A stretch of 64,000 nucleotides of DNA from Macrostomum hystrix (taxonomy: Eukaryota; Animalia; Platyhelminthes), in NCBI GenBank assembly GCA_950097015.1, contig CATNEN010000029.1, positions 8,060,001 through 8,124,000 on the forward strand, read 5' to 3'. The notes under the pieces were generated by a model that made no database searches, had not been told where the DNA came from, and saw only the letters and a program-made list of their open reading frames with translations. Positions 23,329-37,331 of this stretch are shown one piece after another. The translations under genes and the position numbers were made by a program. How positions within the stretch are numbered: position 1 is the stretch's first letter; the number at the start of each line of letters is the position of its first letter.

Positions 23329-26300
23329 TCAAGATCCAAAGTCCAGGTGGTCTTCAACGTTAAACTGCGCCCCGCCGCTGCCACTGCAGCCACCGCCGCC
23401 GAAGGCGCCATCGGCCTCGCCGTCGCCGTCGCCATTTAAATCTCGTCCGGCGCCCTCCGCCGCCTCGTAGTGCCGCTCCTGCGGCTCCAGATCCTCGCCG
23501 TATTGCAGGGCCATGTCAACCTGGGAGCGAAGAGCAAGGGAACGGATTAGTATAAAAGTACACCGGGAAGAAGACAAGCAGATTTGCCTTAATATATCTA
23601 TCTCTTAAATCTACAGCAATCCCACTGAGTTGCACAGCAATGCCACTGAATAGCACAGCAATGCCACTGAGTTGCACAGCAATGCCACTGAATAACACAG
23701 CAATGCAGAGCACATAGCTACTCACCTGCAGCAGAGCATCAGCCACGCACTGATCGTCGGCAATATCGAAGGGCACAAATCGCACCAGACTGTAGCTGTC
23801 AATCAGTTCTATAACTGCCGCATTCAGGCCAGCGTACCGAGCCGACAGCGGGCCGGAGTGAAGCTCCAACAGGTGGGCCAGATCCGGCTCCAGGTAGTCG
23901 GCTAAGCGACGCTTCTGAGCACGGCTGAGCAGATCCAGCTTAGTTAATAGATTAATGTGAGGCAGTTCCAGGTTGACCATGGCAGAGAGGGCGGCAAACA
24001 GGCCAGAGACAAGTTTGCACGGATCCACTAGAAACTGCGAGTCCAACACAAACACTGAGCATAGGCGAAATTCGCGAGACTGCAGATAGTCAACAATCTG
24101 TCGCATCACAGGCAGGTGGCAGTAAAGTTCAATCTGGCCGGGACAGTCCAGCAGGAGGTAGTCGTCTTCGGCCACGGCATCCAGAGCGGTGTCCAGCCAG
24201 TCCAGGTTGTGGGCCAGGTAGTCCATGCAGAACACCAGGCCGCCGTTGGGGCCAAACGCCAGCTCGGTGTCTTCCATTGCGTCGCGCACCTGCGTTTCAA
24301 AAATTGGAATTGCGAATAATAGAAACGACAACTTCACCCAGTTTGGCAACCTTCCCTTCCTAGCTCATTGGGGAAACGTGAGAGAAACTAGCTCATTGTG
24401 GAAATGTGAGAGAGACTAGCTCATTGGGGAAATGTGAGAGAGACTAGCTCATTGTGGAAATGTGAGAGAGACTAGCTCATTGGTTAAATGTGAGAGAGAC
24501 TAGCTCATTGGTGAAATGTGAGAGAGACTAGCTCATTGTGGAAATGTGAGAGAGACTAGCTCATTGGTTAAATGTGAGAAAGACTAGCTCATTGGTGAAA
24601 TGTGAGAGAGACTAGCTCATTGGTGAAATGTGAGAGAGACTAGCTCATTGGTGAAATGTGAGAGAGACTAGCTCATTGGTGAAATGTGAGAGAGACTAGC
24701 TCATTGGTGAAATGTGAGAGAGACTAGCTCATTGGTTAAATGTGAGAGAGACTAGCTCATTGTGGAAATGTGAGAGAGACTAGCTCATTGGTGAAATGTG
24801 AGAGAGACTAGCTCATTGTGGAAATGTGAGAGAGACTAGCTCATTGGTTAAATGTGAGAGAGACTAGCTCATTGGTGAAATGTGAGAGAGACTAGCTCAT
24901 TGGTGAAATGTGAGAGAGACTAGCTCATTGGTGAAATGTGAGAGAGACTAGCTCATTGGTGAAATGTGAGAGAGACTAGCTCATTGGTGAAATGTGAGAG
25001 AAACTAGCTCATTGGTGAAATGTGAGAGAGACTAGCTCATTGTGGAAATGTGAGAGAGACTAGCTCATTGGTGAAATGTGAGAGAGACTAGCTCATTGGT
25101 GAAATGTGAGAGAGACTAGCTCATTGGTGAAATGTGAGAGAGACTAGCTCATTGGTGAAATGTGAGAGAGACTAGCTCATTGGTGAAATGTGAGAGAGAC
25201 TAGCTCATTGTGGAAATGTGAGAGAGACTAGCTCATTGGTTAAATGTGAGAGAGACTAGCTCATTGGTTAAATGTGAGAGAGACTAGCTCATTGTGGAAA
25301 TGTGAGAGAGACTAGCTCATTGGTGAAATGTGAGAGAGACTAGCTCATTGGTGAAATGTGAGAGAGACTAGCTCATTGGTGAAATGTGAGAGAGACTAGC
25401 TCATTGGTGAAATGTGAGAGAGACTAGCTCATTGTGGAAATGTGAGAGAGACTAGCTCATTGGTTAAATGTGAGAGAGACTAGCTCATTGGTTAAATGTG
25501 AGAGAGACTAGCTCATTGGTGAAATGTGAGAGAGACTAGCTCATTGTGGAAATGTGAGAGAGACTAGCTCATTGGTGAAATGTGAAAGAGACTAGCTCAT
25601 TGTGGAAATGTGAGAGAGACTAGCTCATTGTGGAAATGTGTGAGAGACTAGTTCATTGGTGAAATGTGAGAGAGACTAGCTCATTGTGGAAATGTGAGAG
25701 AGACTAGCTCATTGGTTAAATGTGAGAGAGACTAGCTCATTGGTGAAATGTGAGAGAGACTAGCTCATTGGTGAAATGTGTGAGAGACTAGCTCATTGGT
25801 GAAATGTGAGAGAGACTAGCTCATTGGTTAAATGTGAGAGAGACTAGCTCATTGGTGAAATGTGAGAGAGACTAGCTCATTGTGGAAATGTGAGAGAGAC
25901 TAGCTCATTGGTTAAATGTGAGAGAGACTAGCTCATTGGTGAAATGTGAGAGAGACTAGCTCATTGGTGAAATGTGAGAGAGACTAGCTCATTGGTGAAA
26001 TGTGAGAGAGACTAGCTCATTGGTGAAATGTGAGAGAGACTAGCTCATTGGTGAAATGTGAGAGAGACTAGCTCATTGGTGAAATGTGAGAGAGACTAGC
26101 TCATTGGTGAAATGTGAGAGAGACTAGCTCATTGGTTAAATGTGAGAGAGACTAGCTCATTGGTGAAATGTGAGAGAGACTAGCTCATTGGTGAAATGTG
26201 AGAGAGACTAGCTCATTGGTGAAATGTGAGAGAGACTAGCTCATTGTGGAAATGTGAGAGAGACTAGCTCATTGGTTAAATGTGAGAGAGACTAGCTCAT

Positions 26301-29300
26301 TGGTGAAATGTGAGAGAGACTAGCTCATTGTGGAAATGTGAGAGAGACTAGCTCATTGGTGAAATGTGAGAGAGACTAGCTCATTGTGGAAATGTGAGAG
26401 AGACTAGCTCATTGTGGAAATGTGTGAGAGACTAGTTCATTGGTGAAATGTGAGAGAGACTAGCTCATTGTGGAAATGTGAGAGAGACTAGCTCATTGGT
26501 TAAATGTGAGAGAGACTAGCTCATTGGTGAAATGTGAGAGAGACTAGCTCATTGGTGAAATGTGTGAGAGACTAGCTCATTGGTGAAATGTGAGAGAGAC
26601 TAGCTCATTGGTTAAATGTGAGAGAGACTAGCTCATTGGTGAAATGTGAGAGAGACTAGCTCATTGTGGAAATGTGAGAGAGACTAGCTCATTGGTTAAA
26701 TGTGAGAGAGACTAGCTCATTGGTGAAATGTGAGAGAGACTAGCTCATTGGTGAAATGTGAGAGAGACTAGCTCATTGGTGAAATGTGAGAGAGACTAGC
26801 TCATTGGTGAAATGTGAGAGAGACTAGCTCATTGGTGAAATGTGAGAGAGACTAGCTCATTGTGGAAATGTGAGAGAGACTAGCTCATTGTGGAAATGTG
26901 TGAGAGACTAGTTCATTGGTGAAATGTGAGAGAGACTAGCTCATTGGTGAAATGTGAGAGAGACTAGCTCATTGGTGAAATGTGAGAGAGACTAGCTCAT
27001 TGGTGAAATGTGAGAGAGACTAGCTCATTGGTGAAATGTGAGAGAGACTAGCTCATTGGTGAAATGTGAGAGAGACTAGCTCATTGTGGAAATGTGAGAG
27101 AGACTAGCTCATTGTGGAAATGTGTGAGAGACTAGTTCATTGGTGAAATGTGAGAGAGACTAGCTCATTGTGGAAATGTGAGAGAGACTAGCTCATTGGT
27201 TAAATGTGAGAGAGACTAGCTCATTGGTGAAATGTGAGAGAGACTAGCTCATTGGTGAAATGTGTGAGAGACTAGCTCATTGGTGAAATGTGAGAGAGAC
27301 TAGCTCATTGGTTAAATGTGAGAGAGACTAGTTCATTGGTGAAATGTGAGAGAGACTAGCTCATTGGTGAAATGTGAGAGAGACTAGCTCATTGGTGAAA
27401 TGTGAGAGAGACTAGCTCATTGTGGAAATGTGAGAGAGACTAGCTCATTGGTTAAATGTGAGAGAGACTAGCTCATTGGTGAAATGTGAGAGAGACTAGC
27501 TCATTGGTGAAATGTGAGAGAGACTAGCTCATTGGTGAAATGTGAGAGAGACTAGCTCATTGGTGAAATGTGAGAGAGACTAGCTCATTGTGGAAATGTG
27601 AGAGAGACTAGCTCATTGGTTAAATGTGAGAGAGACTAGCTCATTGGTGAAATGTGAGAGAGACTAGCTCATTGGTGAAATGTGAGAGAGACTAGCTCAT
27701 TGGTGAAATGTGAGAGAGACTAGCTCATTGTGGAACTGTGAGAGAGACTAGCTCATTGGTTAAATGTGAGAGAGACTAGCTCATTGGTGAAATGTGAGAG
27801 AGACTAGCTCATTGTGGAAATGTGAGAGAGACTAGCTCATTGTGGAAATGTGTGAGAGACTAGCTCATTGGTGAAATGTGAGAGAGACTAGCTCATTGGT
27901 GAAATGTGAGAGAGACTAGCTCATTGGTGAAATGTGAGAGAGACTAGCTCATTGGTGAAATGTGAGAGAGACTAGCTCATTGGTTAAATGTGAGAGAGAC
28001 TAGCTCATTGGTGAAATGTGAGAGAGACTAGCTCATTGGTGAAATGTGAGAGAGACTAGCTCATTGGTGAAATGTGAGAGAGACTAGCTCATTGGTGAAA
28101 TGTGAGAGAGACTAGCTCATTGTGGAAATGTGAGAGAGACTAGCTCATTGGTGAAATGTGAGAGAGACTAGCTCATTGGTGAAATGTGAGAGAGACTAGC
28201 TCATTGGTGAAATGTGAGAGAGACTAGCTCATTGGTGAAATGTGAGAGAGACTAGCTCATTGGTGAAATGTGAGAGAGACTAGCTCATTGGTGAAATGTG
28301 AGAGAGACTAGCTCATTGGTTAAATGTGAGAGAGACTAGCTCATTGTGGAAATGTGAGAGAGACTAGCTCATTGGTGAAATGTGAGAGAGACTAGCTCAT
28401 TGTGGAAATGTGAGAGAGACTAGCTCATTGGTTAAATGTGAGAGAGACTAGCTCATTGGTGAAATGTGAGAGAGACTAGCTCATTGGTGAAATGTGAGAG
28501 AGACTAGCTCATTGGTGAAATGTGAGAGAGACTAGCTCATTGGTGAAATGTGAGAGAGACTAGCTCATTGGTGAAATGTGAGAGAAACTAGCTCATTGGT
28601 GAAATGTGAGAGAGACTAGCTCATTGTGGAAATGTGAGAGAGACTAGCTCATTGTGGAAATGTGAGAGAGACTAGCTCATTGGTGAAATGTGAGAGAGAC
28701 TAGCTCATTGGTGAAATGTGAGAGAGACTAGCTCATTGGTGAAATGTGAGAGAGACTAGCTCATTGGTGAAATGTGAGAGAGACTAGCTCATTGGTGAAA
28801 TGTGAGAGAGACTAGCTCATTGGTGAAATGTGAGAGAGACTAGCTCATTGGTTAAATGTGAGAGAGACTAGCTCATTGTGGAAATGTGAGAGAGACTAGC
28901 TCATTGGTGAAATGTGAGAGAGACTAGCTCATTGTGGAAATGTGAGAGAGACTAGCTCATTGGTTAAATGTGAGAGAGACTAGCTCATTGGTGAAATGTG
29001 AGAGAGACTAGCTCATTGGTGAAATGTGAGAGAGACTAGCTCATTGGTGAAATGTGAGAGAGACTAGCTCATTGGTGAAATGTGAGAGAGACTAGCTCAT
29101 TGGTGAAATGTGAGAGAAACTAGCTCATTGGTGAAATGTGAGAGAGACTAGCTCATTGTGGAAATGTGAGAGAGACTAGCTCATTGGTGAAATGTGAGAG
29201 AGACTAGCTCATTGGTGAAATGTGAGAGAGACTAGCTCATTGGTGAAATGTGAGAGAGACTAGCTCATTGGTGAAATGTGAGAGAGACTAGCTCATTGGT

Positions 29301-32300
29301 GAAATGTGAGAGAGACTAGCTCATTGTGGAAATGTGAGAGAGACTAGCTCATTGGTTAAATGTGAGAGAGACTAGCTCATTGGTTAAATGTGAGAGAGAC
29401 TAGCTCATTGTGGAAATGTGAGAGAGACTAGCTCATTGGTGAAATGTGAGAGAGACTAGCTCATTGGTGAAATGTGAGAGAGACTAGCTCATTGGTGAAA
29501 TGTGAGAGAGACTAGCTCATTGGTGAAATGTGAGAGAGACTAGCTCATTGTGGAAATGTGAGAGAGACTAGCTCATTGGTTAAATGTGAGAGAGACTAGC
29601 TCATTGGTTAAATGTGAGAGAGACTAGCTCATTGGTGAAATGTGAGAGAGACTAGCTCATTGTGGAAATGTGAGAGAGACTAGCTCATTGGTGAAATGTG
29701 AAAGAGACTAGCTCATTGTGGAAATGTGAGAGAGACTAGCTCATTGTGGAAATGTGTGAGAGACTAGTTCATTGGTGAAATGTGAGAGAGACTAGCTCAT
29801 TGTGGAAATGTGAGAGAGACTAGCTCATTGGTTAAATGTGAGAGAGACTAGCTCATTGGTGAAATGTGAGAGAGACTAGCTCATTGGTGAAATGTGTGAG
29901 AGACTAGCTCATTGGTGAAATGTGAGAGAGACTAGCTCATTGGTTAAATGTGAGAGAGACTAGCTCATTGGTGAAATGTGAGAGAGACTAGCTCATTGGT
30001 TAAATGTGAGAGAGACTAGCTCATTGGTTAAATGTGAGAGAGACTAGCTCATTGGTGAAATGTGAGAGAGACTAGCTCATTGGTGAAATGTGAGAGAGAC
30101 TAGCTCATTGGTGAAATGTGAGAGAGACTAGCTCATTGGTGAAATGTGAGAGAGACTAGCTCATTGGTGAAATGTGAGAGAGACTAGCTCATTGGTGAAA
30201 TGTGAGAGAGACTAGCTCATTGGTGAAATGTGAGAGAGACTAGCTCATTGGTTAAATGTGAGAGAGACTAGCTCATTGGTGAAATGTGAGAGAGACTAGC
30301 TCATTGGTGAAATGTGAGAGAGACTAGCTCATTGGTGAAATGTGAGAGAGACTAGCTCATTGTGGAAATGTGAGAGAGACTAGCTCATTGGTTAAATGTG
30401 AGAGAGACTAGCTCATTGGTTAAATGTGAGAGAGACTAGCTCATTGGTGAAATGTGAGAGAGACTAGCTCATTGGTGAAATGTGAGAGAGACTAGCTCAT
30501 TGGTGAAATGTGAGAGAGACTAGCTCATTGTGGAACTGTGAGAGAGACTAGCTCATTGGTTAAATGTGAGAGAGACTAGCTCATTGGTGAAATGTGAGAG
30601 AGACTAGCTCATTGGTTAAATGTGAGAGAGACTAGCTCATTGTGGAAATGTGTGAGAGACTAGCTCATTGGTGAAATGTGAGAGAGACTAGCTCATTGGT
30701 GAAATGTGAGAGAGACTAGCTCATTGGTGAAATGTGAGAGAGACTAGCTCATTGGTGAAATGTGAGAGAGACTAGCTCATTGGTTAAATGTGAGAGAGAC
30801 TAGCTCATTGGTGAAATGTGAGAGAGACTAGCTCATTGGTGAAATGTGAGAGAGACTAGCTCATTGGTGAAATGTGAGAGAGACTAGCTCATTGGTGAAA
30901 TGTGAGAGAGACTAGCTCATTGTGGAAATGTGAGAGAGACTAGCTCATTGGTGAAATGTGAGAGAGACTAGCTCATTGGTGAAATGTGAGAGAGACTAGC
31001 TCATTGGTGAAATGTGAGAGAGACTAGCTCATTGGTGAAATGTGAGAGAGACTAGCTCATTGGTGAAATGTGAGAGAGACTAGCTCATTGGTGAAATGTG
31101 AGAGAGACTAGCTCATTGGTTAAATGTGAGAGAGACTAGCTCATTGTGGAAATGTGAGAGAGACTAGCTCATTGGTGAAATGTGAGAGAGACTAGCTCAT
31201 TGTGGAAATGTGAGAGAGACTAGCTCATTGGTTAAATGTGAGAGAGACTAGCTCATTGGTGAAATGTGAGAGAGACTAGCTCATTGGTGAAATGTGAGAG
31301 AGACTAGCTCATTGGTGAAATGTGAGAGAGACTAGCTCATTGGTGAAATGTGAGAGAGACTAGCTCATTGGTGAAATGTGAGAGAAACTAGCTCATTGGT
31401 GAAATGTGAGAGAGACTAGCTCATTGTGGAAATGTGAGAGAGACTAGCTCATTGTGGAAATGTGAGAGAGACTAGCTCATTGGTGAAATGTGAGAGAGAC
31501 TAGCTCATTGGTGAAATGTGAGAGAGACTAGCTCATTGGTGAAATGTGAGAGAGACTAGCTCATTGGTGAAATGTGAGAGAGACTAGCTCATTGGTGAAA
31601 TGTGAGAGAGACTAGCTCATTGGTGAAATGTGAGAGAGACTAGCTCATTGGTTAAATGTGAGAGAGACTAGCTCATTGTGGAAATGTGAGAGAGACTAGC
31701 TCATTGTGGAAATGTGAGAGAGACTAGCTCATTGGTTAAATGTGAGAGAGACTAGCTCATTGGTGAAATGTGAGAGAGACTAGCTCATTGGTGAAATGTG
31801 AGAGAGACTAGCTCATTGGTGAAATGTGAGAGAGACTAGCTCATTGGTGAAATGTGAGAGAGACTAGCTCATTGGTGAAATGTGAGAGAAACTAGCTCAT
31901 TGGTGAAATGTGAGAGAGACTAGCTCATTGTGGAAATGTGAGAGAGACTAGCTCATTGGTGAAATGTGAGAGAGACTAGCTCATTGGTGAAATGTGAGAG
32001 AGACTAGCTCATTGGTGAAATGTGAGAGAGACTAGCTCATTGGTGAAATGTGAGAGAGACTAGCTCATTGGTGAAATGTGAGAGAGACTAGCTCATTGTG
32101 GAAATGTGAGAGAGACTAGCTCATTGGTTAAATGTGAGAGAGACTAGCTCATTGGTTAAATGTGAGAGAGACTAGCTCATTGTGGAAATGTGAGAGAGAC
32201 TAGCTCATTGGTGAAATGTGAGAGAGACTAGCTCATTGGTGAAATGTGAGAGAGACTAGCTCATTGGTGAAATGTGAGAGAGACTAGCTCATTGGTGAAA

Positions 32301-32751
32301 TGTGAGAGAGACTAGCTCATTGTGGAAATGTGAGAGAGACTAGCTCATTGGTTAAATGTGAGAGAGACTAGCTCATTGGTTAAATGTGAGAGAGACTAGC
32401 TCATTGGTGAAATGTGAGAGAGACTAGCTCATTGGTGAAATGTGAGAGAGACTAGCTCATTGTGGAAATGTGAGAGAGACTAGCTCATTGTGGAAATGTG
32501 TGAGACTAGCTCATTGGTGAAATGTGAGAGAAACAAAGCGAATGGTGAAACTGCAGCAATACCTGGATAAGATCTCGCACATCCAGCACTGGCTGATAGT
32601 CAAAGTGCTCGGCAGCCGGGTCAAGATTGGCCACCAGGATGCGCCTGCGGCAAGCGTCGGCATGGCGCTGCAGGTTGCCGCAGTAGGTGCTCTTGCCGCT
32701 GCCGGCCGGACCAATCACGAGCTGGGCGTAGCGCGGCTGCAAGGCGTTCAT
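23329..32751 (-). CDS. GPN3: GPN-loop GTPase 3
   Basis: Exons 32751-32563, 24289-23726 and 23520-23329, GT-AG phase 0. Motifs [42 protein letters not shown] and QYGEDLE. Confidence 0.93.
23620..23705. repeat. Short 30-bp tandem repeat in GPN3 intron 2
   Basis: CAGCAATGCCACTGAGTTGCACAGCAATGCCACTGAATAGCA-type units. Confidence 0.7.
24360..32531. repeat. 28-bp satellite array (TGTGAGAGAGACTAGCTCATTGGTGAAA), ~290 copies, filling GPN3 intron 1
   Basis: Register repeats every 420 bp (15 units); three main variants TGGTG/TGGTT/TGTGG; no spacers. Confidence 0.98.
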
Positions 32752-32794
32752 TGGCTAATGAGTTCGGCCTTTTGCACGCAATGCGGAAAACATG

Positions 32795-33560
32795 ACTGGG
32801 ATGGATGGAAAAGGACTGGGGTGGATGGAAAAGGACTGGGATGGATGGAACAGGACTGGGATGGATGGAAAAGGACTGGGATGGATGGAAAAGGACTGGG
32901 GTGGATGGAAAAGGACTGGGATGGATGGAACAGGACTGGGATGGATGGAACAGGACTGGGATGGATGGAAAAGGACTGGGATGGATGGAACAGGACTGGG
33001 ATGGATGGAACAGGACTGGGATGGATGGAACAGGACTGGGGTGGATGGAAAAGGACTGGGATGGATGGAAAAGGACTGGGGTGGATGGAACAGGACTGGG
33101 ATGGATGGAACAGGACTGGGGTGGATGGAAAAGGACTGGGATGGATGGAACAGGACTGGGATGGATGGAACAGGACTGGGATGGATGGAAAAGGACTGGG
33201 ATGGATGGAACAGGACTGGGATGGATGGAAAAGGACTGGGATGGATGGAACAGGACTGGGATGGATGGAACAGGACTGGGATGGATGGAACAGGACTGGG
33301 GTGGATGGAACAGGACTGGGATGGATGGAACAGGACTGGGATGGATGGAACAGGACTGGGATCAATGGACACAGGACTGGGATTAATGGACACAGGACTG
33401 GGATTAATGGACACAGGACTGGGATTAATGGACACAGGACAGGGATCATTGTAACAGAACCGGATGGGTGGAACATGACTGTGATGTATGGAACAGGACT
33501 GGGATGGATGGAACAGGACTGAGATGGATGTAACAGGACTGGGATTGATGGAACAGGATT
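32795..33560. repeat. 20-bp minisatellite (GGATGGATGGAACAGGACTG) between RPL12 and GPN3
   Basis: Direct tandem units, degenerating to 21-bp units near 33360. Confidence 0.95.
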
Positions 33561-33836
33561 TATATAAATAGATTGAGGTTCGGACAGGAATAATTGAGGC
33601 CGGAGCACAAAAGAACTTTATGACTACTTTAGGTAGTCACACGAATGCTTATAAAAAGGCAGGAAAGAAAAATAAATAAATAAAACGACAAGCAGATTTC
33701 CAAAGAATGCCGAAAGGCTTTGAGTAGAAGTCTAAAAAGCTTCGCTTCTATCAACTTCACTTTCTATTTCATCAATTTAGTCTCATCCAATCAACCGAAG
33801 ACAGCGCTAAGACGGCACAAATGAAGGTCAAATGAT

Positions 33837-34331
33837 TCACTCTGGCACAGCGTAGGACCCGTCGTTAACCTTGTCGATAATGTCGTGCGGATTCGAACCA
33901 TCGACTGTGCAGCCAACAGACTGGGCGGTGCCGAGAATCTCCTTGACGGTGCCGGCCAGGTTCTTGGCCATGGAGCGCGGCCGCATGGTTTTGGCGATGT
34001 CGATCACCTCGTCGAAGGTGATGTTGCCGGTGTGCTTGACGTGCTTGACCTTCTTGCGATCGCGCGGCGGCTCGTTCAACGCCCGGATGACCAGAGCGGA
34101 CGCTGTTGGCACCACGCTGGCCACCGCCTGACGATTCTGGATGGTCAGCTTCACCGTCACCTTCAAGCCCTTCCAGTCCTTAGTAGCCTTGGCGATGTCT
34201 TCGCCGACCTTCTTCGGTGACAGGCCCAGCGGGCCGATCTTGGGCGCCAGGGAGGCGGTGGCGCCGATTTCTCCACCGACAGCGCGCAGGTACACAATGC
34301 TGATAGCGGTGGGGTCGATCTTGGGCGGCAT
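33837..34331 (-). CDS. RPL12: 60S ribosomal protein L12 (uL11)
   Basis: Single coding exon: MPPKIDP...[23 protein letters not shown]...[16 protein letters not shown]. Confidence 0.97.
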   Translation of the reverse strand: MPPKIDPTAISIVYLRAVGGEIGATASLAPKIGPLGLSPKKVGEDIAKATKDWKGLKVTVKLTIQNRQAVASVVPTASALVIRALNEPPRDRKKVKHVKHTGNITFDEVIDIAKTMRPRSMAKNLAGTVKEILGTAQSVGCTVDGSNPHDIIDKVNDGSYAVPE

Positions 34332-34459
34332 GGTCAACTGCTGCTGCTACGGCTGCAATGGAATCAGTGCAATAAAATTGTCCTCAATAGCAACACTGCA
34401 CTAAGGGACATTGTACCAGGATTCTTGCAGATTCTTTCTCGCGAATAAAACACTGGATT

Positions 34460-35300
34460 AAGCTTGGGATCTGGGAAGATGTCATATTAACCATGGGATT
34501 TCGAAGTATGGCAGATTAACCTTGGGATCTGGGAAGATGTCATATTAAAATTGGGATCCGGAAGATGATATATTAAAATTGGGATTTGGGAGGATGGCAG
34601 ATTAACCTTGGGATTTGGGAGGATGGCAGATTAACCTTGGGATTTGGGAGGATGGCAGATTAACCTTGGGATCTGGGAAGATGTTATATTAAAATTGGGA
34701 TCCGGAAGATGTTATATTAAAATTGGGATTTGGGAGGATGGCAGATTAACCTTGGAATTTGGGAGGATGGCAGATTAACCTTGGGATTTGGGAAGATGGC
34801 AGATTAACCTTGGGATTTGGGAGGATGGCAGATTAACCTTGGGATCTAGGAGAATGGCAGGTTAACCTTGGGATCTGGGAATATGTCATATTAAAATTGG
34901 GATCCGGAAGATGTTATATTAAAATTGGGATTTGGGAGGATGGCAGATTAACCTTGGGATCTGGGAAGATGTCATATTAAAATTGGGATCCCAAGATGTT
35001 ATATTAAAATTGGGATTTGGGAGGATGGCAGATTAACCTTGGAATTTGGGAGGATGGCAGATTAACCTTGGGATTTGGGAAGATGTCATATTAAAATTGG
35101 GATCCGGAAGATGTTATATTAAAATTGGGATTTGGGAGGATGGCAGATTAACCTTGGAATTTGGGAGGATGGCAGATTAACCTTGGGATTTGGGAAGATG
35201 GCAGATTAACCTTGGGATTTGGGAGGATGGCAGATTAACCTTTGGATCTAGGAAAAATGGCAGGTTAACCTTGGGATCTGGGAGGATGGCAGTTTAATCT
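34460..35300. repeat. 28/29-bp compound minisatellite upstream of RPL12
   Basis: Alternating GGGATTTGGGAGGATGGCAGATTAACCTT and GGGATC(T/C)GGAAGATGT(C/T)ATATTAAAATT units. Confidence 0.92.
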
Positions 35301-35700
35301 TGAGATATGGTTAAGGGATTAACGGTAATAAACAACAGATATAATTGAGTGTATGCTTGTATAAATTTAAGCGGGTGAAATAGTAAAAAAATGGTAAGAC
35401 GTTTATGGTCAAAACTAGCGTAGATCTTAGCTTACGGGCATCTTAACATGTATTTACTGCAAGCACTCGTATGCACACAGAATCGCAAGGATTTTATTGT
35501 ACAATTGTACAAAAGGCATGAAAAACACAATACGATGAGCAAAAAGGATCAATAATCCAGTGATAATTCAAATGACTTCGAAGTTTTTTAAGAGCTAAAG
35601 TTCACAATTCTACGACTGATTTTTGCATAATTATTTGCAATAGCATCCGGAAGTTTATACTAGTCTAAAACCGAGAAGGAAAACTAACGGCAAAGGGGAC

Positions 35701-35880
35701 CTATTTTGTGATTGGACGAGCTTCAGCCGCTTTGATTCGCTCAGCTTTGTACACAGCAATCTGACGCTGACGCATGAGTTTAACAAAGAACACAAATCCG
35801 GTGCCAAATGTGACAAACACCACTACGGTGCCAACGAAGCTTTTGCCAAGGTGGTCCAGCTGTCTGAATCGCTGCAACAT
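35701..35880 (-). CDS. Small (59-aa) single-TM protein, unknown family
   Basis: MLQRFRQLDHLGKSF, then hydrophobic VGTVVVFVTFGTGFVFFV, then a basic tail; TATTGCAG acceptor at 35900-35907 just upstream. Confidence 0.5.
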   Translation of the reverse strand: MLQRFRQLDHLGKSFVGTVVVFVTFGTGFVFFVKLMRQRQIAVYKAERIKAAEARPITK

Positions 35881-35974
35881 ATTGCGCTGCAGTGACGTGC
35901 TGCAATATGTGTACAAGATTGTTCACAGAAGTGTTCGTCAATTAAGCATAAGTAGGAGAGGCTGCTGAATAAAA

Positions 35975-36480
35975 CTAGTGGGAGAAGTGGGATCAAGACT
36001 AGTGGGAGAGTCGGAACAAGACTAGTGGGAGAGTCGGAACAAGACTAGTGGGAGAGTGGGATCAAGACTAGTGGTAGAGTCGGAACAAGACTAGTGGGAG
36101 AGTGGGATCAAGACTAGTGGAAGAAGTGAGATCAAGACTAGTGGGAGAGTGGGATCAAGACTAGTGGGAGAGTCGGAACAAGACTAGTGGGAGAGTGGGA
36201 TCAAGACTAGTGGGAGAGTCGGAACAAGACTAGTGGGAGAGTGGGAACAAGACTAGTGGGAGAGTCGGAACAAGACTAGTGGGAGAGTGGGATCAAGACT
36301 AGTGGGAGAGTCGGAACAAGACTGGAGAGTCGGAACAAGACTAGTGGGAGAGTGGGATCAAGACTAGTGGGAGAGTGGGATCAAGACTAGTGGGAGAGTG
36401 GGATCAAGACTAGTGGGAGAGTCGGAACAAGACTAGTGGGAGAGTCGAAACAAGACTTGTGGGAGAGTGGGATCAAGACT
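35975..36480. repeat. 23-bp minisatellite (GACTAGTGGGAGAGTCGGAACAA)
   Basis: Direct tandem units. Confidence 0.92.
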
Positions 36481-37331
36481 TGGTGAGTTAGGCTAAGGAG
36501 GACTCAATATCAAATAAAAAACTTTTTGCACTCATTTAATTTTGCAAAGTCTGAATGATTTTCTCATTAATCAATCACGATTGCTGATAGTTTATAGCCG
36601 TGTACTTTGAGCTGCTAGATTAAGCTAAAGCAGTAATAAAAATCACAAAAGCAAATAGAATCATTAAAGAATTAATTCAAATAAAAATGGGAACAGGGAC
36701 CACCTGGGAATGATAATGCGAGAAAAATCTAGGTAACCAGAGATAACCGTAAAAAGGTACAATTTGTTATATTGCAATAAACAAAAAAATTAAAAGACAC
36801 AAATTTATACTAAGCATTTCACACAAGTTTTTTAAATACAAATGTGCATATATTTAATCAATAGGCTGATAAAATACTACCATTATCAGGTAGCAACACT
36901 AAAACTAGAAACTCAAAACTGTTAAAGAAAAAACTAGTGTTCTCTTGGATAAACAGGCGAAAAACTCACTCGTGTAACATCCACAGGAAGAGATTCATAA
37001 AATCAATTGTCCATGTTGTTGTTCTTACAAATGAACTTGTCGTAGGCGGTTACACGAAAGTCTATGTTATAATAAAACGCTTGAGTATGAATTGCTTTAC
37101 GCTTAAAATATGACATAACTACGGGTAAAATACTATTTAGTAATTTCAATATGTAATTAAATCTAGTCACTGTGATTATCTATCCACTTTTTGTTGCAAT
37201 AGTAGGGGGATAGGGTCGGATTTTGGCCCGTCCAAAGTCTGTTCAGTCCATTAAACTAGTGGGGTAGAACTCATAGAAGTCTATAAACGACACTGAAATT
37301 TTATTTAACTAAAAGAGTGGATAATTAAGTT

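Noticed and set aside
24360-32531. CRISPR-like appearance of the 28-bp array
   Set aside because: No unique spacers, no cas genes, eukaryotic intron; it is a satellite
32524-33608. W/G/D-rich and P/S-rich ORFs
   Set aside because: Artefacts of the 20-bp minisatellite, partly antisense to GPN3 exon 1
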